DNA from: Planctomycetota bacterium
Lineage (GTDB): Bacteria; Planctomycetota; UBA11346
NCBI GenBank assembly: GCA_028280785.1
Contig: JANQLF010000053.1
Coordinates: 41,691-105,690 of the forward strand
Length of the DNA stretch: 64,000 bases
Direction: 5' to 3'
Part shown: positions 35,216 to 46,378 of the stretch, one piece after another
How the letters are laid out: the number at the start of each line of letters is the position of its first letter
How positions within the stretch are numbered: position 1 is the stretch's first letter
Notes under the pieces: model-generated
What the model saw: only the letters and a program-made list of their open reading frames with translations
The model's database searches: none
What the model was told of the DNA's origin: nothing
Translations under genes and position numbers: made by a program

Positions 35216-36942
35216 TCCTTCTTGTTCAGGACTAAATCGCGCAAGAAACAGTTACCATTTTTTACACAAAATTCGACCGACGTTATTTTTTGCGTAAATG
35301 CACGCAATTTATGCTCGACGGATCCAAGCGTAATTGACCATCCATCATCTGATTGTTTGATAGATAACGGCCATTCACGAGGCGGTACTAACGAAGAGCT
35401 CTTTAAGCTTGCCGCCGATGTCTTTGGCGGATTCATGGTTATGGCGATAGTGTCAAAACCCAAATCATTGAGTGTGCCTAACCACTCTGATCCATCTGCA
35501 AAATAAAGGTGTATTTCCAATGCATCAAAAGCAGAAGTCTTCCCTTCATCGAGCATTCCACCAACAATACCATTCAATGATTGTATTGCTTGATCAACCT
35601 TTAATTCCAAATGTGCAGTCTCATCTTTTTTAGCAAAGCCAACGATACCAGCACCTGTTTCTTCAGGTCCCCAAATACCATTTTTCTTTGACCACCAATC
35701 ACCTAGACCTTGTCCCGCCTGAATTAAAACTTGTTCAGAGGTTACCGCTGGCTTATGCACTTTTGGTATTGGATCCTGTTTTATCTCTGGTGTTTGTGTT
35801 TGCTCTTGGTTATTTCCATTGCCACCACCTAGACCAATGACCAATCCTACAATAACAATGACCATAATTCCAATGACGATTGGCAGAGGAGATTTTGATG
35901 GCTCTGATTTTTTAGAAGGTGCTGCTGCTGCACTAGTTCCACTCAGCAATTGGTCAATGCGTTCAATCAACAGATCATAATTCTGTATACGATCATCTGC
36001 CGACTTTGCCAACATGTCTTTAATTAATACAACAACGTCGTTAGAAATTTCTGGATTAATATCTTGTGGATTCGGGGGATTCGTATGCAGTTTTGATTCC
36101 ATCAACTGCGTCAAACCTTGGCCACTAAACGCTGCTTGTCCGGTTAAGGCATAATAGAGCACACAACCAAGTCCGTAAATATCTGCGCGCAAGTCAACAT
36201 TATCGGGATCATCAAATTGCTCAGGCGCCATGGTTGCCGGCGTACCCATAATGACGCCTTGGGCCGTGAGCTGCATATCAGCACTCGCATCAGGCCGAGC
36301 CAAACCCAAATCTACTAATTTTGGTGTAAAAGGTAAATTCGCTGAAGCATTATGGCAAAGCAGAATGTTCTCTGGTTTCACATCGCGATGAATAATACCA
36401 TTCTCATGCGCATAACGTAGCGCTTGACCAATAGTTTTTATCACACCAAGTGCATCATTAGTATTTAAATTGCCTTTTTTATGAACCCATTTTTCCAAGT
36501 CTGAGCCATCAATGAATTCCATAACCAAAAAACAATTACCGTCATCAGCAACACCAGCTTGATAACAGGCGACGATATGTGGATGATTTAATTGAGCGAG
36601 AATTTTTGCCTCACGCTGAAAACGATCACTGAATTGCGTCGATCCACCAGTAAATTGTTTTAATAATACTTTTATTGCTACTGATCGATCTAAATAGCCT
36701 TGACGACCTTCATAGACCACGCCCATACCACCACGACCAAGTTCACGGACTATTTCCGTATCTGGTATATTCGGTGCTTGGATTTTATTATCGTCTTGGA
36801 TTAAGGTTTTGTCTTCACCAGCAATTTGGGTTACATCAGTATCGCTTACCTGCCCATTGTCGGCAATGCGCGTAACCTCAGTATCCATAGGCTCATCACC
36901 GGCACTGCTCTCACTAATTAAGGTGTCGTCATTATCAGCCAT
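35212..36942 (-). CDS. Ser/Thr protein kinase with a TM helix and an extracytoplasmic C-terminal domain (DUF1080-like, tentative)
   Basis: Kinase motifs are present: GRGGMGVV, AIK, HRDVKPENILL, DLGLA and GTPATMAPE. A TM helix (IVIGIMVIVIVGLVIGLG) precedes the C-terminal domain. Confidence 0.85.
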   Translation of the reverse strand: MADNDDTLISESSAGDEPMDTEVTRIADNGQVSDTDVTQIAGEDKTLIQDDNKIQAPNIPDTEIVRELGRGGMGVVYEGRQGYLDRSVAIKVLLKQFTGGSTQFSDRFQREAKILAQLNHPHIVACYQAGVADDGNCFLVMEFIDGSDLEKWVHKKGNLNTNDALGVIKTIGQALRYAHENGIIHRDVKPENILLCHNASANLPFTPKLVDLGLARPDASADMQLTAQGVIMGTPATMAPEQFDDPDNVDLRADIYGLGCVLYYALTGQAAFSGQGLTQLMESKLHTNPPNPQDINPEISNDVVVLIKDMLAKSADDRIQNYDLLIERIDQLLSGTSAAAAPSKKSEPSKSPLPIVIGIMVIVIVGLVIGLGGGNGNNQEQTQTPEIKQDPIPKVHKPAVTSEQVLIQAGQGLGDWWSKKNGIWGPEETGAGIVGFAKKDETAHLELKVDQAIQSLNGIVGGMLDEGKTSAFDALEIHLYFADGSEWLGTLNDLGFDTIAITMNPPKTSAASLKSSSLVPPREWPLSIKQSDDGWSITLGSVEHKLRAFTQKITSVEFCVKNGNCFLRDLVLNKKD

Positions 36943-38462
36943 TAACGCGCCCGTTTAACATATCCCAATAATTCCCTGGTGGATGGCCGGTCACCCATGT
37001 TGGTACCGATATAACCGTAAACCACCTTGCCTGATTTATCAAGAATAATGGACGATGGTTTAGCCAAGTCCTTTTGGATTTTTAATTCTTTAACCAATCC
37101 TAAATTGACATCTAAGACAATATTTAAGTTGCTCGCATCACCACCAACACTTTCAACTGCCTTTAAAAACATTGGGATCGTTTCGGCAGGACCAGGATAC
37201 ACAATATACACTTCATTATCCAAAGCTTTGAACTCTTCTACCTTTTCAGCCAAGGCGCGCGTCTGGGTTGAACAATAGACACACACCTGTCCGGCAAAAC
37301 CGCGCATCACAATTATCGTCGCGCTCTTTTTATCCTCCAATGATTTCAAATCTACCAATTGCCCGCTTATGTCAAAAAAGCGCGTGCGTGGCAAGGGCTT
37401 TTTCATCCACTCTTTCTGCATCTGGCGCTTTTTATTGCCGCTGCTGTAATGATCATCATCACCAGGCATAAACTTTTTGTAACGCAAAATCAAATCACCG
37501 GCTTTCTCCTCTTCGCGCTTAGTCCACAAACTGTCAATGTGCACTACTGGCGTTAAAGCTGGTTCGTCTTTCTTCGAAACGATTATTTCCTCGACACTCG
37601 GCGCGGCTTCTGCTTCGGGCTCCTGTTTATTGAGCTGTGAAAAAATACTCTGCAAAGCTTTTTTAGCTTTCTGATAATCACCGATTCGTGATTCACTATC
37701 CGCAGTGCCAACTAAATTCCCATCGGCGACAAAGACATTGATATGCTCAGTGCTTTCCTCAACACTGTGCCCATTTTCATTTAACAAGGTGAAAAATTCT
37801 TGTTTGGCATCAAAAGCTCCAAGTACTCGTTTATCCGAAGCAGCACCAACCAAAAGCGCTTTATCGTTTTCATAAAGTCCAAAGATGCTCATGTCGTTTA
37901 ACTTCGCTTGTCGCAGCTCTATATTTTCAGGTGAACCTTTGCTCACTGTTTTACCATCAATACGCCACGGTCCGATACGTACACCATCATAGAATAAACC
38001 GTAATTGGCAGGCTTACCATCAGCCGCATACCATTGCCACATACCATGTTTAATACCTGCTATGTATTGCCCGATGGCAAATAAGGTTCCGTCTTCACGA
38101 AAATAATACCACAGGCCGTCTTGGCGGTCATTGTCATAACGACCACGTGTCTTTACTTTACCATTCTCATACCAGTAGGTCCAAGTCCCTTGACGATGCT
38201 TAGACACATAATCGCCTGACTGCTTCTTTTTGCCATTCGGATAATAATAGGTCCACGGACCGTCTTGATAATCCTTGAGCCAGGCCCCTTCTGATTTAAG
38301 TGTGCCATCAGGATAATAATATTTCCAAGCACCTTCTTGCTTATGGCTTTTTATTTCACCACTGACTTTTACTTGACCACTCTCGTAGGTATCTTCAACA
38401 ACACGATTCGCTCCACCGCAGGAAATACACAATAAACATATGGCACTTAAAACATAACGCAT
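36942..38462 (-). CDS. Lipoprotein with N-terminal MORN-type repeats and a C-terminal thioredoxin-fold (AhpC/TSA-like) domain
   Basis: The lipobox is LLCISCGG. The repeat G.W.YYYPNGK... recurs about five times. The C-terminal domain has a VCVYCSTQ motif. Its stop overlaps the kinase start in a TAATG arrangement. Confidence 0.7.
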   Translation of the reverse strand: MRYVLSAICLLCISCGGANRVVEDTYESGQVKVSGEIKSHKQEGAWKYYYPDGTLKSEGAWLKDYQDGPWTYYYPNGKKKQSGDYVSKHRQGTWTYWYENGKVKTRGRYDNDRQDGLWYYFREDGTLFAIGQYIAGIKHGMWQWYAADGKPANYGLFYDGVRIGPWRIDGKTVSKGSPENIELRQAKLNDMSIFGLYENDKALLVGAASDKRVLGAFDAKQEFFTLLNENGHSVEESTEHINVFVADGNLVGTADSESRIGDYQKAKKALQSIFSQLNKQEPEAEAAPSVEEIIVSKKDEPALTPVVHIDSLWTKREEEKAGDLILRYKKFMPGDDDHYSSGNKKRQMQKEWMKKPLPRTRFFDISGQLVDLKSLEDKKSATIIVMRGFAGQVCVYCSTQTRALAEKVEEFKALDNEVYIVYPGPAETIPMFLKAVESVGGDASNLNIVLDVNLGLVKELKIQKDLAKPSSIILDKSGKVVYGYIGTNMGDRPSTRELLGYVKRAR

Positions 38463-38482
38463 GATTCGTCCTTCTACTTTCG

Positions 38483-40099
38483 TTAGAGCGCTTGGTAACC
38501 AGGTAGACCAGTGATGTCTACGTCATCGCATTGTTCAGGGATTAAATTTTGTTGTGCATATTCTTTCCAGATATCGCTGTGAATAAACACGGTGTAAATA
38601 TCTGGGTCAATATGGCCCTCAAGGCTCATTTTCCCAAGTATATCCAATGCAACCGATAAGGGCATTGGCTTTTTGTAGGGACGATCGCGCGCAGTCAGCG
38701 CTTCAAAGATATCGGCAATACCCATTACCCTGGCTTGCACTGACATTTGTTCACGCGTTAAACCACGTGGATACCCTTTACCGTCCATGCGCTCATGATG
38801 ACCGCCAGCAAATTCAGGAACGCGTTTTAAATTCTTCGGATATGGTAAGGATTCGAGCATTTTAATAGTTGCGACAATATGGTGATTAATGACCTCACGC
38901 TCGTCATTGGTCAACGTGCCTTTACGAATGCTTAAATTGCGCACTTCATCATCAGTTAAAAGCGGATGCTCGCGTCCATCAAGACCCATCCAACGTTTTG
39001 AAGCAATGCGGTCAATATGAGCGAGGTGCTCATCAGACATGAATTCACCGCCAACATTGGAGCGGCGTAAAAAATCGAGATCGTCTTCAATTTCTTTAAC
39101 CGTGTCATGATAGGCTTGCTCAGCGTCAGCTGGATCAGTGCCATTGATGATAGAACGCAATTTTACCAATTCAGCGTCACGCTTAATTAATTCAAAACGT
39201 GTCTCAAGTAATTCAATGCGGTCGAAAATAGTTTGTAATTTAGTGGCCTTATCCATAACCCATTCAGGCGTTGTCACTTTACCGCAATCATGCAACCAAC
39301 CAGCAATTTTTAATTCATAGCGATCTGACTCGCTCATGGTAAATTCAGCCAATGGGCCTTTATCACAAGCTGCAACTGCATCAGCGATAGCCATGGTTAA
39401 TTCAGGCACGCGTCGGCAGTGGCCCCCTGTATACGGTGATTTGTCGTCGATCGCCGTAGCAATTAATTTAATAAAGGATTCAAATAAATCCCGCATATCC
39501 TCAACCAATTGGTTGCGGGTCAGTGCCATCGCCGCTTGCGAAGCTAAGCTCTCGGCAAGAGATTGCTTATTATCATCAAAAGGAATGGGTTCGTTTGTTT
39601 CCGGATCGAGCGAATTAATTAATTGCAGTACACCGATAATTTCATCTTCATGATTTTTCATCGGCACGGTTAAAAAAGAAGTCGAACGATAGCCAAGTGC
39701 TTTATCAAAAGCCTTCGTTCCAGAAAAGTCAAAACCGTCGGCGTCATATGCGTCTGGAATATTAATCGTCACATCCGAAAGCACACAGTGCGCAACAATC
39801 GACGAACTATTCGGCGTGCCATCGAGCTTGTAGAGCGGCACCGGCTGCAAGGTTATCTCTTTGCCACTCATCCCACCCATCGCGATGCTCAACGAATCGG
39901 TGCGTACGATTTCAAAGGCCAGGTGATTGTCTTCAGTGACCGAATAGATGGTGCCACCATCGGCATGACAGAGGTCCTTAGCCGTCAGCATGATCAACTC
40001 GAGCAACGACTCTGGATTAGCCTCTTTGGATAAGGCTATACCGACATCGTTGAGTCGCTTTAAAGTTGCAGCTAAATCTAAGCCGTTGACGCTCGTCAT
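38483..40099 (-). CDS. GAF plus HD-GYP domain protein (c-di-GMP phosphodiesterase-type)
   Basis: Motifs HDCGK and HHERMDGKGYPRGL are present. I chose the ATG at 40099 with a GGAGAG upstream; the ORF-track start at 40126 is a TTG. Confidence 0.85.
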   Translation of the reverse strand: MTSVNGLDLAATLKRLNDVGIALSKEANPESLLELIMLTAKDLCHADGGTIYSVTEDNHLAFEIVRTDSLSIAMGGMSGKEITLQPVPLYKLDGTPNSSSIVAHCVLSDVTINIPDAYDADGFDFSGTKAFDKALGYRSTSFLTVPMKNHEDEIIGVLQLINSLDPETNEPIPFDDNKQSLAESLASQAAMALTRNQLVEDMRDLFESFIKLIATAIDDKSPYTGGHCRRVPELTMAIADAVAACDKGPLAEFTMSESDRYELKIAGWLHDCGKVTTPEWVMDKATKLQTIFDRIELLETRFELIKRDAELVKLRSIINGTDPADAEQAYHDTVKEIEDDLDFLRRSNVGGEFMSDEHLAHIDRIASKRWMGLDGREHPLLTDDEVRNLSIRKGTLTNDEREVINHHIVATIKMLESLPYPKNLKRVPEFAGGHHERMDGKGYPRGLTREQMSVQARVMGIADIFEALTARDRPYKKPMPLSVALDILGKMSLEGHIDPDIYTVFIHSDIWKEYAQQNLIPEQCDDVDITGLPGYQAL

Positions 40100-40175
40100 C
40101 GTCTCTCCGGGCTCAGAGCATAGCAACGCATGCCCCTATCTACCAGCCTCCGCAGCCCATACCCCCCATCAGTGA

Positions 40176-41309
<1,134 letters not shown>

Positions 41310-41340
41310 ACTAACTCTGCCTATAGTATTCTGAATTATT

Positions 41341-41374
41341 AAACCCCTGCGGTTATCGCAGGGGTTTATTTTTA
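41341..41374. terminator. Bidirectional Rho-independent terminator
   Basis: AAACCCCTGCG-gttat-CGCAGGGGTTT is flanked by A/T runs. It lies between the convergent ilvC and 41379..41906 genes. Confidence 0.8.
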
Positions 41375-41378
41375 TTCA

Positions 41379-41906
41379 CTACAAACCGCCGTAATCTTTG
41401 GCCCATTCAACATATTTAAGTAAAGGATTATAAGCCTGCTTTAGCTTGGTGATCTCAAAATATCTGAACCACTTCAGCCTAAAACCCAAGGTGTCAAAAT
41501 TGTTTAACTTAAATTCTTCAAGATCAATGTTGCCAGGGTTTTGAATATCTGGCTTCGCTCTCCCCATCCACTCAACAGCCTTTATGTTCTCAAGCATTAT
41601 TGTCGTCCCATTGTAAATAATTCTATCATACAACACTCTAACTGACCCGCTCTCAGTGCTTATGATAACATCGTGGCCGCACTCCTCCCAATTCTTATTT
41701 TCAACATTTTTGGCCGCTTTCTTGAATTTTGATTTGAGCATTTCAATCAATTGATCTTTGCTCTTAGGATTCTTTTTAGCTAGCCTTCTTCTAGTTTTTT
41801 GCATCTCTGGCGAATTCATACAAACGGCACAATAACCAAATAAGCGCTCAGCCGTGTCTGTGAGAATCATATTGTCACATCTAATACACTTAACTTTTTG
41901 AACCAT
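41379..41906 (-). CDS. Hypothetical protein with an N-terminal zinc ribbon
   Basis: Motif CIRCDN...YCAVC is present. The gene is AT-rich and overlaps the tilS stop by 17 nt. Confidence 0.5.
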   Translation of the reverse strand: MVQKVKCIRCDNMILTDTAERLFGYCAVCMNSPEMQKTRRRLAKKNPKSKDQLIEMLKSKFKKAAKNVENKNWEECGHDVIISTESGSVRVLYDRIIYNGTTIMLENIKAVEWMGRAKPDIQNPGNIDLEEFKLNNFDTLGFRLKWFRYFEITKLKQAYNPLLKYVEWAKDYGGL

Positions 41907-43212
41907 TTATCTTCCTCACCAAAACACAAACATCCCCAACCGCTGCCTTCACCCGATCAGCAATCGTAAATCCTGGAATCCACACAACGCCTTCATCATC
42001 CGCAACAACAATTAAACTCGCACGCTCCTGCACAGGAAATTTCTTATCGGACAAATACTGAAATAAATTCTTAGTTCCAGGTGCACCGAGGGCCTGCCAG
42101 GATTCACCTTCACGAATATTACGCAAAGATAAATCACCTTTGATAGTATCTTTTTTAATGCACGCCTCATTCGCCGAAAATGCTTTTAAATCTTCAACAA
42201 TAATTTCTTCCAGGACGTAGCGATCATCACCAACCGTCATGCCACTTTTCAATCTTACTGGCTGTAATTCCTTATATTCCTGAGCCCAACTAATGCGGCC
42301 TTGGTTGCGATAAAAATGCCAATCGCCTAAATCGATCTGCTTGCTGGTTTCACCGTGCAACAGGTCTTCGAAACGTTGAATATTCTTTTTCGACACGGGT
42401 AATTCAAAAGCCATCAATAATCGCCGCCAAAAACTGCCGCGCACCTCTTCTGACCAAACGTTCAACACATCGACCATGATATGAGCATCGGTTAAACAGG
42501 CTAACCATTCACTATCGATGATCGCCTCAATAATGTCGACTTCATCACGCATGGCTTCTGCTTCACGCAAAATTTGACTTTTGTAATGTGGGTTTTCTTG
42601 CTGCATTTTGGGGATGAGATTATGGCGCAAATGATTGCGGAAATACCTTAGATCTTCATTGCTTGTATCTTCACGCCACGGAACGTTATTTATTTTAGCA
42701 TAGCTGCGTAATTCATCGCGGGTAATATTCAACAACGGACGGACTAGTCGCACACTGCCTAATTCGCGTTGTGCACGCATACCTACCAAACCGTGCTTGC
42801 CGGCCCCGCGCAGCTGATGCATCAATATACTTTCAACTTGATCATCTTGGTGATGAGCCGAACAAATATATTCTATGCCATTTTCTTCAGCTATTTCTTG
42901 TAACTCACGATAACGATAATCACGAGCACATGTTTCGATGCTCTTCCCTTGCGCTTTTGCTAAACCTGCAATATCAGCCTGACGAAGTTTTACGATGACA
43001 TTATGCCCATCACAGTATTCTTTTACCAACGCTGCATCGAGATGACTATCTTCACGCAATTGGTGATCGAGATGATAAACCATGACCGAATAAGGAGCCT
43101 TAATTAATAGGTCTAATAAAACCATGGAATCACAACCACCACTCACCGCCACCAACAAGGAAAAGTGGGGTGTTGGCAAGCCAACACATCGTTCCAAGAG
43201 TTCTGCACTCAT
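41890..43212 (-). CDS. tilS: tRNA(Ile)-lysidine synthetase
   Basis: The PP-loop is VAVSGGCDSMVL, and the length is typical (440 aa). Confidence 0.85.
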   Translation of the reverse strand: MSAELLERCVGLPTPHFSLLVAVSGGCDSMVLLDLLIKAPYSVMVYHLDHQLREDSHLDAALVKEYCDGHNVIVKLRQADIAGLAKAQGKSIETCARDYRYRELQEIAEENGIEYICSAHHQDDQVESILMHQLRGAGKHGLVGMRAQRELGSVRLVRPLLNITRDELRSYAKINNVPWREDTSNEDLRYFRNHLRHNLIPKMQQENPHYKSQILREAEAMRDEVDIIEAIIDSEWLACLTDAHIMVDVLNVWSEEVRGSFWRRLLMAFELPVSKKNIQRFEDLLHGETSKQIDLGDWHFYRNQGRISWAQEYKELQPVRLKSGMTVGDDRYVLEEIIVEDLKAFSANEACIKKDTIKGDLSLRNIREGESWQALGAPGTKNLFQYLSDKKFPVQERASLIVVADDEGVVWIPGFTIADRVKAAVGDVCVLVRKINGSKS

Positions 43213-43219
43213 GATTCTA

Positions 43220-44041
43220 CTATGCGACAGGTTTTATATTTTGTAAGGCTTCTTCGGTTTGCTGGCGAACAATTTTCGATGTCAGCATATCAACCAACGT
43301 TGGCAGAACATCAATCGTATTGGCACGTAAACTATAATTAGCAATTGAAGACAACGGTGTTTCTTCGGAATTAATTTCTACCACTGGATTTCCGGCCATG
43401 GCCATTTCTGGTGCAATCTCAGCAACTGGCTGGACCAAACAAGAAGAACCGATAACCAAACAGGCATCAGGTTGGAATATTTGAATCGCGCGCATACCAC
43501 ACCGCGCAATCGATTCGCCATACCAAATAGAACCAGGTCGGACATCAGCACCACATTCTGGACAGGGCATAAAACTGTAAGAGTTATCAGCGGTATCGTG
43601 AGCGGACCAACCACAGTCTGCAGCACAGGTCGTTTCAAATAAATTCCCATGCAAAGAAATCACACCGTGCACACCAGCACGTTCTAATAAATCATCTTCG
43701 TTGGTAGTAGCGACAATAACCCGACCTTCGTCATAATGCTCTTGCAATAATGCCAAACAGCGATGACCCGAATGCGCTTCACAACCTGCAATTTTTAGGC
43801 GTCGTTCCCTGTACCAATCCCAGACCATATCTGGATTGGCCTTAAATGCTTCTGGGGTCGCCAATTCTTGAGCGCTGTAATTTTCCCAGACGCCCCCATC
43901 GCCCCTGAATGTCGGAATGCCAGAGTCGGCACTCATACCTGCCCCAGTTAAAACCAAGAGCCGGCGACAATCCTGTAAGCATTCTGCAGCATTAGCTATA
44001 TTACCCTGCAGGTCAGGACTCATAAGCGCGCAGTTTGACAA
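43220..44041 (-). CDS. cobB: Sir2-family NAD-dependent protein deacylase
   Basis: Motif GAGMSADSGIPTFRG is present, with Zn-ribbon cysteines CAADC...CPEC. Confidence 0.85.
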   Translation of the reverse strand: MSNCALMSPDLQGNIANAAECLQDCRRLLVLTGAGMSADSGIPTFRGDGGVWENYSAQELATPEAFKANPDMVWDWYRERRLKIAGCEAHSGHRCLALLQEHYDEGRVIVATTNEDDLLERAGVHGVISLHGNLFETTCAADCGWSAHDTADNSYSFMPCPECGADVRPGSIWYGESIARCGMRAIQIFQPDACLVIGSSCLVQPVAEIAPEMAMAGNPVVEINSEETPLSSIANYSLRANTIDVLPTLVDMLTSKIVRQQTEEALQNIKPVA

Positions 44042-44129
44042 CTACCGCCCTAGGTCCAAGCGTTAACTATGTATAAAGGCCGGAATTTGGGACTAGACGA
44101 GGCACACACAGGCTCCAAGATGGATTTCG

Positions 44130-44426
44130 ATGGACACACGTAACTTTAGTAATATCAATGAGTTCTGTACGACACTTTGTGAAAATGGACTCGAAACGGT
44201 AATACTCTGCTACACCGATGAATGGGGGCCGAGTCAGGGTGAAGGCCACAGTGTGCATTGTGGTCCACGCCAAGAGATGCTTGCCCTCGCCTATCATGAA
44301 GGCGCCATTTGGCGCTGCACCTGGAGCGGTGAAGATGCCGAGCGCAGTAAGGTCCAAGCACTCGTAGAAAGTTATGGACTCAAGTGGGAAGAGCGCTCGC
44401 GTAATAATGCGAAGTATGGTGAATAA
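44130..44426 (+). CDS. Hypothetical small protein
   Basis: 98-aa ORF, the only plus-strand ORF in a minus-strand neighbourhood. No motif recognised. Confidence 0.35.
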   Translation: MDTRNFSNINEFCTTLCENGLETVILCYTDEWGPSQGEGHSVHCGPRQEMLALAYHEGAIWRCTWSGEDAERSKVQALVESYGLKWEERSRNNAKYGE

Positions 44427-44468
44427 ATAGTTTTTGGTTCTTAGTTTTTGGTAATTGGTTATTGGTTT

Positions 44469-45332
44469 TTAGATCGCGCGCACTTCTTCGACATCTTTTT
44501 TTATTTGCGCCGCTAATGCATCGATGCCGTTAAATTTCTGTTCATCGCGAATGCGCTGTAGCCATTCAATCCGCAAGGTCTGATCATAACAATCACCCGA
44601 CCAATCTAATATATGTGCCTCGACACTTAACGGGCGATCATCGCCGATACTTGGTAAGTGCCCAACATTAATAGCAGCACGTAATTTGTAATTGTCTAAA
44701 TAAACATCCGCAGCATAGACTCCAGTTGCTGGAATTACATTTTCAATATTTTGAATATTCGCTGTTGGAAATCCAATGTGTTGACCACGTCCATCGCCGC
44801 GTAGTACGATGCCGGCATTAACATAGGGTCTTCCCAATAAACGAGCAGCTAATGCACAATCACCTGCTTCAATGGCTTGACGAATGCGACTCGATGATGC
44901 CTGCTCTCCATCAATGCTCACTAGGGGTACGGTCTCAACTGCAAACTTAAATTGTTCGCCCAATGTTTTCAGTGTCCTTACATCACCACTGCGCTTAAAA
45001 CCAAAGCGAAAATTCTCACCCGTCACCATTGCGGCAATGTCAAATCGTTCTTGTAAATATTCGATAAATGCTGGCGGCTGTAAATTGCGCACGTCCGCGA
45101 ATGACACTTCAATAATTTCTATGTTCTGCCCAATTTCTTGTGACCATGATTGCAAGACGCGTTGACGCTCATCATCGGTTAATAAGGGCTTACGCTCTTC
45201 CCAACCAAGCACGACGGCCATACCCGAAAAGCTGAGCAAAGCTCCTTGCCCATGGGCACAAGCGGTATCGATTAATGCACGATGACCAAGATGCAGTGCA
45301 TCGAATTTTCCTATTGCCAGAGAAAACGCCAT
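44469..45332 (-). CDS. ribF: Bifunctional riboflavin kinase / FAD synthetase
   Basis: Motifs GKFDALHLGHRALI and GDGRGQHIGFPTANI are present. Confidence 0.88.
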   Translation of the reverse strand: MAFSLAIGKFDALHLGHRALIDTACAHGQGALLSFSGMAVVLGWEERKPLLTDDERQRVLQSWSQEIGQNIEIIEVSFADVRNLQPPAFIEYLQERFDIAAMVTGENFRFGFKRSGDVRTLKTLGEQFKFAVETVPLVSIDGEQASSSRIRQAIEAGDCALAARLLGRPYVNAGIVLRGDGRGQHIGFPTANIQNIENVIPATGVYAADVYLDNYKLRAAINVGHLPSIGDDRPLSVEAHILDWSGDCYDQTLRIEWLQRIRDEQKFNGIDALAAQIKKDVEEVRAI

Positions 45333-46378
45333 TATTCATCCAACCATTGAATCGTCGCAGTTTCGATGTGCTCATTCCATAAATCTGACTGCGCCATCAG
45401 CGCATGGCAGGTTTTAATATCGCGTTTCATCGCAGCTTGGGCGAACGCTTCACCGGTTTTCGATTCTTTAGCCAGTAATTTTCCTAAATTTGACATTTTG
45501 CGTCGCAAGCCACCTTCGTTGCGTTGGTAACTTTCATCAGTTAAGCGAATATCTAATTGGCCACGATGATAACCGCTCGGATTTTGTGACCACGCTATGA
45601 TATCTTGCCAAGCCTGCAAAGCTTCAACATAACGCTGTAACGCTAAAAAATGTTGGCCGCGATTACGCACACGGTTGGCATCACGATCTATAGCTAAGGC
45701 AACCATTCGCCTGACAAACACTGGTTGTCGCGATTCCTCACGATCAGCAACTAAAACTGATAAACGATAAAAATATTCAGCTAATTGAAACGAACTTAAT
45801 TGCTTACCCATTGGCATGGCAATTTCGCTTTGGTAGGTTTTCACCGCAGCTTCTATTATTGGTTGCCAAGTGACGGATTCTATGCGTTCCATATAGGTTT
45901 CACCCTTATGGAAAAACATCCAGGCTAAATGACGCAATAAACGTTCGCTACTCGGATTCACTTGAACACCACGTAAATTTGCCTTCAAACCAGCAAGATA
46001 CCAAGACCACTTATCATCTTTTTGATCAACATAATGACCAATATTATACGCCATATCCCAGGCCATGTATTCCCACACGCGCTCAAAGCGCGGTTGCACC
46101 CGACTAATTAAATCAAAAAGCGCTACACTTTCATAATAACGAGCATCGTTTTTAGCCTGAATGGCGCGTAACCATAAAAAGTCAATCGCCATGCCACGAA
46201 AGCCGCCCAACATTAAGGTGCCAGCAATTTCACCAGCAGGTAATTCAGCGAAAAATGATTCTTGCTCCTGACGTTGAGCCTGTGGCCGTGCATCAAAGAC
46301 AAAAAAGCTAGCCCATATTTGTGCAAGAATTAATAAGCCCAATCCCATACCGGCTAACTTCAACGGAGGTAGATTCAT
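45332..46378 (-). CDS. Membrane-anchored helical-repeat protein, function unknown
   Basis: The ATG at 46378 overlaps the permease stop (ATGA). It has an N-terminal TM helix. Its stop overlaps the ribF start (TAATG). Confidence 0.5.
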   Translation of the reverse strand: MNLPPLKLAGMGLGLLILAQIWASFFVFDARPQAQRQEQESFFAELPAGEIAGTLMLGGFRGMAIDFLWLRAIQAKNDARYYESVALFDLISRVQPRFERVWEYMAWDMAYNIGHYVDQKDDKWSWYLAGLKANLRGVQVNPSSERLLRHLAWMFFHKGETYMERIESVTWQPIIEAAVKTYQSEIAMPMGKQLSSFQLAEYFYRLSVLVADREESRQPVFVRRMVALAIDRDANRVRNRGQHFLALQRYVEALQAWQDIIAWSQNPSGYHRGQLDIRLTDESYQRNEGGLRRKMSNLGKLLAKESKTGEAFAQAAMKRDIKTCHALMAQSDLWNEHIETATIQWLDE

